A stretch of DNA of 64,000 nucleotides, taken from contig NMRA01000410.1 of NCBI GenBank assembly GCA_002633005.1, forward strand, positions 337,977-401,976, in the 5' to 3' direction. The notes under the pieces were generated by a model, which worked only from the letters and a program-made list of their open reading frames with translations, searched no databases and was not told the origin of the DNA. The translations under genes were made by a program, and so were the position numbers. Within the stretch, counting starts at the first letter, position 1. Each line of letters starts with the position of its first letter. The stretch is from Phoronis australis. Lineage: Eukaryota > Animalia > Phoronida. Below, piece by piece: positions 13,801-25,800 of the stretch.

Positions 13801-16800
13801 GTTATTTTGCCATGTCACTAAGTGTGGAACGTCTTTTCCTATTTCCACAACAAGAGAGTTCACCTCAGCATAGCACCGGGGTTAAGTCCGTTGGTGATGT
13901 TGCATGTAGAAAGACATCATCTTATTCAAGTAATACAGTTTTTAACAACTTGGAGATTATCACTCATGCCACGGTGAAAGATGATTCCCGTCGCTTGCCT
14001 CCAGCGAATCACACAAACATGAATCTTGAAAAAGGCAACACTGGCTGACAAAATGTTTTATATTCTCAAGTAAGTGCAGTAAAGAATAGTTTTTGTGCAA
14101 CACACAATACCGCAAAAGGTAAGATATTAAATTCAGATCAGTCTCTCACAACTGATCTTACTATGCATTCCAAAATTTTGCTAAGAAAAAGGGCAATTTT
14201 ACTGGAGGGAGAACATCTGACACTTCCATTTCAAATGGCCTGTTGCATGAGTTCCTAAAATTTACTAGGTCAACTTCTGGCCAAGGAAAAAATATTCCGT
14301 CAAAAATCAGAAAAATTGTACAACTAACTGTAGTCACATACCTGGTAACTTCCTCATAACTTCTTTCCAATTATGAGGGTGAAGAATGCTAGCCACCTTG
14401 TAAAAGAATTCTCGCAGTGACATTTCTGAAAAAAGGGATTAATCATAAGCTTGTATGTTGCAAATCCTGAATGTAAATCTCTTACCTTAAATTTCCTTGT
14501 TATTGGTTTCTTGAGAATTAATCATGAGCAATTGTGACATGTATTGCTATTAGGGACGTTTAACGATAACGATAATGCTGCATGTCAAAACACAGCAAAA
14601 AGATCTTCACAGCTCTCTTGCAACATCTCCCAGGAGGTGCATAAAGCATACCTTGTTCAAGAGGCTCTTGCTCCATAGTCTCGTGATCAGGCGCCACGCT
14701 GCGTCCTCCTTTACAGGATGAAGACTTACTTGCTGCAGTGACTAGAAGATGGAAGCAAAACATTCAAACTGAGATATAACATTGTGTCAACAGGCAATGC
14801 ACCTGTAGACATGCCGGAATCTAGAACCTTAGCATCCTCTAGCTGAAAGTCAGAGCTGGTGTCGCCATCATTAATACCTAGAGAAACCACGTCAAACTGA
14901 ATGGCATTTGAAGTTATTAATAAGTGCTCATGCACCGTGGGGTGAAAATCACGTTCTATAACCGTAGCATGGAAGGATATGTAAAACACATTGAGTGACT
15001 GACTTGGGGTTTAGGTGGTGAGGAAGACGGGCTGATTCCACAAAACCTCAGGTTTTACAACTGGACATTAAGTGTCATGAAAATTAAGCTGCAGTCAACA
15101 CACGGCAATATGAAGCGTTACACATTCATTCAATGTGAGATTGAGTATTTGCAAGTAGGTTCCAAACAATAAACGCTCCTCTATTTAAAACCTGAACAGC
15201 TAGAGAGCAGCAACCAATTCATTAGTATGGAGGCGTCTCTAAGTTAAGGCGCTCATGTGACTACCAGATTGCTTGTATTGCTACCGCTAAAACCACTGTC
15301 ACACTAGCGCCACCTAGTCAATGTTAAATCACCCATTAATTGCTCTAATAATGCTTTTTAAAGTACTGAGTGCACTGACAGTTAAATATTCACAACAGAA
15401 ATATACTGACCAATTATGCCAGGAGCAGATTAACTATGTTCTATGAGTTTTATTTAACTTGCTGTTCTACTTGTTTACTAGCAGAGAGCATTTGATTGAT
15501 ATGACACATAAGGTCAGGCCAGTGATGGTGTGATTTGTTTACAACAGAATACTAGAGAACACTTCAGTAGATTCCATCATATAAGTGAATAAAATAGAAC
15601 CATAGGCTGGAGCATTCTAAAGCCTCTAGAATACAGTGTGTAAAATGATTGGGTAGATTCCAGTAAGTTATAGAATGCGCTTGAATCGGTAAAAAATTCA
15701 AGAAGATATTATAAATAAACCCAAGGACAGTAAGAGTGAATCAGCCGAGTTGAGTTGAATTGAGTTAAAGTTAGACAGCCAGCTATAGAGATAAATTATT
15801 CAAGTATTAAATTATTTTATGTAAGCTATACTGCTTCGTTCTCATTATCATATTGTTTGGATTCTCGGGTCAGTGACCCTCTTTGTTCTACGATTATTGG
15901 TTTAATTGTACCACGTGATCTCTTTGTCTCGTCGCAACACTGGGCCATCGTCCACAATTCTCTCCAAATTTCAGTTTGCACTCAATTTCTCTTTCCCTCT
16001 CTCTCCCTCAAACCAATTTTCCTAACTTCCCTGTTTATCCTTACCTTCCCCATGTCGCTGTCCCGGTGTTGCTGTTATGCTTCCGCATATTATTACTTAA
16101 CTTTCTATTCACCACTTACCTTCATTGCTGCTTGGCAGATTGTCACCCACCTTAACAGTTCAACATATTATACAACTTTTGTAATTACCGAAATCTGTAG
16201 TAGTATAGTTTGTCATAATATATATGAGTCCTTTTATCTCATCTACATGTGTTGTTTCACTGTAAACTAGCTTCGGTATCGCTTCGCAGTTAGCGCATAT
16301 AAATACGATTATTGAATCAACCAGTGTAACAGTTGCTGGAAGTGACTCAGGAATTCATCACAATTCAATGCTTTCCAGCACTGACTCATGCCATGAGGAT
16401 AGTGTTTACAAGCCTTTCTACACCAAGGATATCCTAGGCGAGGTGCCTCACACCAGCCATGCAGCAAGTCGAGCATATTTATAAAGGCATGCCCAAGTTA
16501 AGTGAGCGTGTAAATCTTTGTTAGAAAGTACTGCGTCTGTAATTAGTGCCATCAGATTAGGTTTATTGCATTGGGAACACAATAATGGTAATGTGCTGTC
16601 TGCAAGTGATATGGTTGAGTGGGGTGTAATTTGTAAAGTTTTCACAACTTATAAGTCATCTGGAGTATAGAACAGACAATATACTGACACACCCAGATTT
16701 AATAAACAGGACATTCGAAAACAACTTCCGTGCAGATGATATTCCTCCTCCAGACCAGAAAGACTTTCTTGTTAACAGACTTATTATATTATATTACATT

Positions 16801-19800
16801 TTCGAACACAACTAGTGGAGAGTAGCCAATCTCGTTCCTGGCCATCAGCAAGTATTACTCTCATACTTACTGGCGTTAATACGTATAATGCTATTAAAAT
16901 CTCTTACCTTCAATTTTGTTGTTTTTGTTAACTTGACACTTAATTCACAAGTAATTGTGGCATGTATTGTTATTATTAGCAATGACGTTTAAGAATGACA
17001 ACGTCGTAGCATATCAAAACACAGCAAAAAGTTTTTAATGCATCTCTTACGACGTCCACCTGGGCCCAGTTGCATAAAAGTTATACGCCGTATAGCAACA
17101 GTGACGTCGCATTATCATGCGTCACATTGTTCTTGTTGAACAGTTCACCTGACGTCATGCAACAATCAAACTTATCCAGCGGATAACTTTTGAAGCATTA
17201 TGCAACTCAGCCCTGGAGGTACAAGAGACTTAAGTTTATACCTTGTTTAAGAGATTCTTGAACCGTAGTCCCGAGATCCAACACCACGCTATTTTCATTG
17301 GATGAAAAAGTCACGACAGTGTCTGGAAGACAGAGGCAAAAACAATCAAATAGAGACATAACACCGTGTTAACAGGCAATGAATGTATTACTTGTTAACT
17401 TACTAAATTTGAAAAAGGGGCTGGCTTGACAATCATTAGATTCCACAGAACCTTGAACTTGGAAAGGTACTACAGAAATATGATGGTACTAAACACATCT
17501 ACCACAAAAACATATAATTCAATCACATTCACGCGACAATTTAAATGTGGCAATAAAACAACGACGTTCTCAGTTTGTAGTTACAACATGCTATTATTTA
17601 GAATGAACTTTTATTGCCAACGTGAAAATTTGACTAAAAAATTAAATCTCAGGCTCCCCTTGGTATTCACGACATAAATTGACATTAATTTGATTCAACC
17701 CAACTCCTGAAAAATCTTGCATCATGCAAATTTGGCCACCAACAAATCTTAAAAATTTTGGGCACAGCATTTGCATCCACTGAACACAAAGCCATTGACA
17801 TACCTCAAAAAGTTTGGATACACCCATTTTCATTTCATTGAACCCATGCGCATGCCCTCCAACCATAAATGCCAGAATGGAGTTAATCAGTCGTGTAAGA
17901 TATTGGCTACGGGGGTAAACTTCCCAACTTGTTGTTGAGCTATAGAATCAAACAAGTTGGGAGCAACGGGATGTCGCCGTCATGATGATCAGCAAACGTA
18001 GTCAAAATGACACGGAATCAGAGCCAAAACTAACATTTATTTACTAACGGCTTCCAAATGATTACACTGGCAATATAAAAATTTTAAGTCTGGAGTAATT
18101 TTCATTTCACTATAACCACGAACAATCTTCGAAAGTTTGGGTACATCCAAATTCATTTCACTCTGCCAAAGACCTCTGACATATCTTAGAAAGTTTGGAT
18201 ACACCCACTTTAATTTAACTGTACCCAAAACCAGTGACAAGTCTTAGAAACTTTGGATATACCTATTTTCATTTCACTGAATGCAAGGCCACTGACAATC
18301 TTGGAAAGTTTGGGAACGCCCATTTCCATTTCAATGTACCCAAGACCTGGGGCATTCTAAAGCCTAGTACATTGTGTGGAAAATAATTGGTTAGATTCCG
18401 AAAAGTTATGGAATAAGCGTAAATTGGTGAAAAATTCAAGAACATGGTGAGAGATTATAAATATACTCAGGCGCAGGTAAGTGTGAGTCAGTTGAGTTGA
18501 GCCGGTTGAGTTAAGTTACAGTTGAGTTCCACTTCCAGAATCAGCTGTTATGCAATTAGTCAATAGAGAGCCAGCTAAAGAGACATCAGGTTATTGATCA
18601 GAATCAACGAGTGTAACAGTTGCTAGAAGCGGCTCAAAAATTTCATCCCAAAACAACGCATTGCAGCACTGACTCATGCCATGAAAATAGTGCTTACAGA
18701 CCTTGCTACACCAAGACTAGCCTAAGGGAGGTGCCTTATCCCAGCCAAGCAGCAAGTCAAGCCTATTCACAAAAACATGCCCGAGTTAACTGAGTGAGTA
18801 AATCTTTGTTAGAATGTACTGGGCCTGTAATTAGTTCCACCAGATTGGGTTTGCTGCATTGGAAACACAAGTGATATAATGGTAATGTGCTATCTGCAAG
18901 TGATCTGGGTGAGTGGGGTGTAATTTGTAAAATGCAACTTCCAAGTCACTTGGAGCATAGAACAGACATTACATTGGATGTTTTGTATGGGTAGACTTGT
19001 GGACATATGGTTGAGATTATACTTGCACTCGTCTTCAGTCTATCTTCGCATCGAAAGCTATTAGCACTGATCAGTGACAACCGCATGCACCCACCCATCC
19101 ACAGGGTAAAACGCGACAACAGTAAAGAAAAGAAAAACAAACATCTTGCCAATGGTTTGATATGAACCCAAATCAATAAAATAATACTAAATAATGTCAC
19201 AAAGACTCCATGGGAACGCATTTGCTAACTTTCAGGTAAATTATATTCTCATATCCTATCAGGTCAGATTAACCGACTTATATTTTTATTTTGTAATGGC
19301 TGTTTATGCTCAAAGCATTGAACACAGCAAATCTTTAGGATATCATTATAATAACACTTCTATGTCGTACAATAGCTTTGTCAAGCTACCTGAGCTAGCC
19401 CAATACCAGACTGTCAGCTACACCCCTTTGAGTGCTTTAAAGGGATGACTGCAACAACTCAAGGGTGCAGTCGTTTGGTTGTAGTTCAATTTCCATTATA
19501 GTAACAGTTGTTTGTACCTTTCTGCAGTGCTTGTTTGGTGAAGAGTGGCGTAGTGATTCACTACATCCATGGTAAATTTTCTGCTGCTCAGTTGGTTTAC
19601 CACCACTGACATACTGAATAAAACGGAGCGATGGCCAGATTCACTAAAAATTGGTTAGTACTTCTGACACAATTACTGAGGAATAGGTACCTGTATTGCT
19701 GGGCTCCCCATCAAGCAGCTGATCTGTGGAATGAACGTAAGCATCGTTTGAACTGCTGAGGCGAGACCTACAAGCAGCTGAAAGAAATAAAGAATGATTA

Positions 19801-22800
19801 TTGTTTCCCAAAGTTAAACTGTAAACTTGACAAAACAAACACCTAGATTTAATAAACAGGACATTCGAAAACAACTTCCATGCAGATGATATTCCTCGCC
19901 CAGAACACACAGACTTTCTTGTTAACTGTCTTACAATCCCGTTTTGTCATAAGCCTGATTGTATTACTGTCATACTTACTGGCATTTATAGGTATATCAT
20001 TTAAATATCTTACCTCCAATTTTCTTGTTTTTGGAAACTTGAGAATTAATTCACATACAATTGCGGCATGTATTGCTTTTAATAGCAAAGGAAGTTTAAG
20101 GATTATGACAATGTCGGTGCATATCAAAACACAGCAAAACGTTCTCAATGGATCTCTTTAAACATTCACCTGGAGGTAAAAGAAACTTTATACCTTGTTC
20201 AAGACGCTCTTGATCAGTAATCCCGAGCTCAGACACAACACTTCGTCTTTTTCCACTGGATGAAGACTTAGCTGCGGCAGTGTCTGGAAGACAGAGGCAA
20301 AAACAATCAAATTGAGATATATCATTGATACTTGATTACTTGTAAACTATCCGGAATTGAAAAGATTGGGCCGGTGTGTCAATCATTAGATTACACACGT
20401 CCTTGAACTTGGAAAGACACTACAGAAATATGATGATCCTAAAGACTACCTAAAACTCCCCATGAAATCATACAACAACGTAAATTCAATCAAGGACATG
20501 TGGCATTTCAAATATGGCTGCAATAAAATGAGCAACAGGTACTCAATTAATGGATTGAGTTAACTCGCATTACTTGTGTCTGTTCAAGTATGGATATCAA
20601 GCAATAACTTGTAAATCAACTATTCAATAACTTTACAGCAGTCTAATACAGCCTTTTCCCCAAGACCAGAATTGCTATCCAAGACAAACGCTACAACTGA
20701 CACATGGGGGAACCTAGAAATGTTGGATAATTGGGCGTGGGGTTCTGTGGTTAAGTATTAGAGAATCCACTGTTTAATAACAATTTACATCAACAACAAT
20801 AACAACAGTAATGCTCCCAGTCAGTAGTTATAACATGCTATTATTTAGAAGTTTTATCATCAAAATAAAAGTTTGATGAACAAATTAGAGTTCAATTTCA
20901 GGTTCCCGTTGGGATTCAAGAGATAAATCGACATCGAAGCTTGGGTACAATCAAATTGATTTAATTGAAAGTTTGGACACACCCATTTTCATTTCACTGA
21001 ACCCATGGCCACCGAAAATTTTTAATAGAAAGTTTGAATTCACCAATTTCCACTTCAATGTACCCAAGACCACCAACATATTTTAGAAAAATTGGGTAAA
21101 CCCATTTCTAGTTCGCTGCATCCAAGACTACTGCCATATCTTACTAAGTTTCGGTATACCCATTTCACTGTACCCAAGGCAAGTGATAATTCTTAGAAAG
21201 TTTGGGTACATTAATTTCCATTTCACCACGCCCACGACCACAGACAACCTTAGTAAGTTTGAGTACACCCATTTCCATTTCACTGTAACCATGACTATTA
21301 AGTACAAATCTTAGCATTTCCATTTCACCTTACCCAAGGCCAGAGTCCTTCAATTACTTGGAATTAATGTTCCTTTTAGAATTTATTTTAGGAATTGACG
21401 ATGTATGTGACAACTGAGCTAACAACAAACCATTATTTTTCTCCATCAGTGGTTCCTCCTCCGAGTCGCTAGTTCTGGATGTGGATCTTTTCAATTCAAG
21501 TGTCTTACCTGAAATAGACAGAAACCATGTCAATTAAATCTACCAAATGCGCAGAAACAAATACAAATTCTACTACAATCATGAGCTTTGGCAAAACAGA
21601 ATGCGCGCTGTAGAAGTCAAATCTAGCCAAAACTCAGCTGGTGCCAGCCCATTGCCATCACATACCTCGGTCATGTTTCAATGAAATCCATCAATAAGTT
21701 CTCTAGATTCCATCCAAAAACACGCTTTTCTCCTCAAAAATAATTATGGAAAAAGCCCTTGTCAAGACTGAAATGGCCACTAGGGTTGAGGCAACTCCTA
21801 AGCTGAAATTCGGGGTCCCCAACGCCCAAACAAGCTTAAGCCAGACTATAACTAACCGGCCCTAATAGATTCACAAATTAACGCGCATGGCTTAGTCACA
21901 ATGCTGAGGAAATCCTAGTTGATAATTTCTCTTTAATAATGCCATTGATTTTAAAAATTCAAAGACGAAAAATTACTTTTTCAAAACTATCATGTTGGTC
22001 GTTTGTCTTATTTAATGTTCATTTTTTGGCTTTGAAACTAGTACGCTTAACATGAGCGTTGTTGACGACTGCAATTATCTCCATCAATACACATTCGGCC
22101 AAGCCCATCAATAGTGACTAGCTCACTTCATTCTGTGCCATCAAGCCTTTGATGTGCCAAGGAATTCGCTGAATACTCTGGGGGTAAATAGTGCACGCTT
22201 TCTCATCTACTTGGCGTGCAAATCCTGTTAGCATAAGATTTGCCTAGTGACCAAACAATAATGAAAAGCCACTAGTTGAGACCATAATGGCCACTAGGGG
22301 TGCTGTAAGAATCGAATCTGTCCAAAAAATTATCTGGCGCTGGCAAATTGCTGTCACATACCACCATTTCAAGTTCTACTGATATCCACCAGTTGCTTCT
22401 GTAAATATTATCATGACATGGTCTTCCCCCACAAAATACTGAAAACCCTTGCCTTCCCAGCCAAGGGGGCGGGGCTTATTGAAAAGTGGCATGCATCACC
22501 CTTATGATTCCCTACACTGTGCCAAATTTCATCAAAATCTGAAGAGAGACTTAGAGCTGGTAAGTGCACAGCTGAACAAACAAGCAAAATAAAGCCATCA
22601 CTGAGTACTTGAATTTGCCCGAAAATTGACTGGTGGAGGTGCTTTGCCGTCACATTACCTCTGAGTCAAGTTTCACCACAATCCACCAATTGGCTATCTA
22701 GATATTATCCGGAAATGCTCTTCCACCACAAAAATATAAAGAAACGCAGAAAAGCCCTGCCCAATGGTATCACAGGTGGGGAAAATTGAAAAGTGACATG

Positions 22801-25800
22801 CACCGTTGCCCTAGCCATGTCCTACACCCTTCTGCCAAATTTCATCAAAATGCCACCGGGATTTTTGAGATGTAGAACAGACAACCAGACAAAATGTCCA
22901 CAAGATGGTGATGCGGTAGTTGAATTTGCCCCAAAATTGATTGCGGCAGTCGGTTTAGTACGACTTACAAATCTACTTAATTTAACATAAAGGTACATTA
23001 CCTGAACCACTCGAGGACCTAATACGGGCTCTTAGAAAAGAGAATGTTGACCAAAAATGAATTTAAACTCAGGATTTTTAAGATCTGTTTGAAAGTAACT
23101 TGAAAATGGAGAATGAACAAGTTTGAGACTGATACTCTTTACTTGTTGTAATGGTTTAAGTGGCATTTAACCCAGTGCTTTCTGTCAAAAACAATTAGTT
23201 TCAATTTAGGCCACTTATTGTTCTGCTATAAAACTGGTCTTGTCTCTACTTACTTTAGAAGTGATCTCTGAGCTCCAGGACAGCGGACAGCTTAATTATT
23301 CCTATAAGTCCAAGCTCAAAAAATTTTAGAATAAGGCGTGACCAGAAATTTTCTGACCATTGAATTTACCTCTAAAGCTAAGGAAAACTTGAGATCAATT
23401 TCATGTCATGCTGTAAATGGTTTAAATCAAAAGTTGTTTCGTGATGCAAGGCAGGTTTATAGCTGCTTCAACAAGAAAAAATCCAACATTGACACTCTAA
23501 CGCTAACCTTAAAATCTGCGGCTTCCTTCAAAGAAACCATCCAACTTCAGCTGATTTTGTCATTCTCGGGTTCATTTTGAAAGGTTTTAATAGCAAATAT
23601 TTGAATAGTTTGCGGAAAGCACAATGGCTAGATTTTTTAATTTGGAAAGCAGAAAGTAAATGCGACTTTTATAAAGTTAACCTAAAACTAGCACGTATTC
23701 TGCTTATTAATTCTGCTGGGCACACAACATAATGCGCCAATTACTTAAGATCATAGACCAACAGTTCAAAATTGTGGGCAAGAACAACTCAAAGCATTGG
23801 TATGCATAGTGTGAACTATTATTCAAGCATTCCCACAAGAGGGATCAACACTTCTAGTAAAAATATTAATTATCTCCAAAGAGCGCAGCGCTAGACATCC
23901 AAAAACTTAGGTATGGAATTTCACAGGCATCAATCAAATCTCTTGGCAAACAACGAAGAGGATGGCACAAATAATAATTGTCACTAGGAGGCGCAACAGT
24001 AGTGTGATTAGTGGGTGAGGTCATATCTTTAACAAAATCACAAGTGCTTGACAATAACAAATTAAAGATCACTCACTCCGGTCAGTTCCTGATGGACCAG
24101 GTTCATCCCCATCACCTAAAAGAAGCCAACTACATTAAAAATGTTTACAGTACTAACCCAAGCTGTTTTAAGTCAGAAAATCAGTTTTCACAGAAAGAAG
24201 ACATTTTTGTGATTATTGATGGACGGATACACCATTTTTGCTTTTCGCAAACATATTTCTTTGCTTGCGGACAGATCAATCCTGCTTGTTATTCCCTGCC
24301 TAGGATACAATTTCCAACTTACAAACAGTTACTTGTCAATCGAGATGCTGAACTATTTTTTTCAATAAAATTCAAAATGACATCAAATGTGAAACATGGA
24401 GCAGGAGTACAATGCCGTAATTTAGATTAATGTCAAAACTGGAAACAGCATTCCGACAGTCACAGTGTAAGCCAACTGTGATTGACAGGTCTATAAAATC
24501 TGAAGAGTTAAAATCCTCATGTCAGTGTTATTGACATTAATTTGTCTATATTTAACGCTTTATGACTATTCATACCGCTTGTGGTACACATTTCAGGCAG
24601 TTCCTGATCCTGGGTTAGTGACTGTTTTTCTCCTCCATTGCTATTGTCATCATCTGTAAGTAAAATAGGTTGACAAGTACAGTAAAATTTCACTAATGAC
24701 AAATAAAATGCCAAAAATATCTCTTTTTCCAATCTTCAAGGGCTTCTAACATTGTTGTGAATACAATGTTTCAACACATTGTTGTGAATACAATGTTTCA
24801 ACACATTGGTGTGAATACAATGTTTCAACACATTGTTGTGAATACAATGTTTCAACACATTGTTGTGAATACAATGTTTCAACACANGTATGGAATTTCA
24901 CAAGCATCAATCAAATCTCTTGGCAAATGACAAAGAGGATGGCACAAATAATAATTGTCACTAGGAGGCGCAACAGTAGTGTGATTAGTGGGTGAGGTCA
25001 TATCTTTAACAAAATCACAAGTGCTTGACAATAACAAATTAAAAATCACTCACTCCGGTCAGTTCCTGATGGACCAGGTTCATCCCCATCACCTAAAAGA
25101 AGCCAACTAGATTTTGATTAAAAATGTTTACAATACTAACCCAAGCTGTTTTAAGTCACAAAATCAGTTTTCACAGAAAGAAGACATTTTTGTGATTATT
25201 GATGGACGGATACACCATTTTTGCTTTTCGCAAACATATTTCTTTGCCTAGGATACTATTTCCAACTTACAAACAGTTACTTGTCAGTCGAGATGCTGAA
25301 CTATTTTTTGTGTTCACCTTTAACAGTTTGTTTTAATTTTTTCAATAAAATTCAAAATGACATCAAATGTGAAACATGGAGCAGGAGTACAATGCCGTAA
25401 TTTAGATTAATGTCAAAACTGGAAACAGCATTCTGACAGTCACAAAGTGTAGGCCAACTGTGATTGACATGTCTATAAAAATCTGAAGAGTTAAAATCCT
25501 CATGTCAGTATTATTGACATTAATTTGTCAATATTTAACGCTTTATGACTATTCATACCGCCTTTGGTACATATTTCATTCAGTTCCTGATCCTGGTTTA
25601 GTGACTGTTTTTCTCCTCCATTGCTATTGTCATCATCTGTAAGTAAAATAGGTTGACAAGTACAGTAAAATTTCACTAATGTTGGACAAAAAAAAAGACA
25701 AAAATATCTCTTTTTTCAATCTTCAAGGGCTTCTAACATTGTTGTGAATACAATTTTTCAACACTTTGTTTGATGGTAACTGTGGTACAGAACTTGAAGA

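Larger units (their letters stand above)
15600..21340. repeat. Tandem ~3-kb segmental duplication (15600-18345 / 18345-21340), plus an older third partial copy at ~14475-14880
   Basis: Shared blocks in the same order: gcattctaaagcct, agtgtaacagttgct, gcactgactcatgccatga, agatttaataaacaggacattcgaaaacaacttcc, gtctggaagacagaggcaaaaacaatc, then the 55-bp minisatellite. Confidence 0.9.
23911..25763. repeat. ~0.87-kb tandem duplicate (23911-~24775 / 24888-~25763) separated by a 27-bp minisatellite and an 'n'
   Basis: Near-identical copies both starting gtatggaatttcaca; acacattgttgtgaatacaatgtttca x5 at 24748-24886; n at 24887. Confidence 0.9.

Noticed and set aside
19517-19645. Extra linker exon after TACTAAC..ttttag
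   Set aside because: No acceptor/donor pair gives an open phase 1-1 exon.
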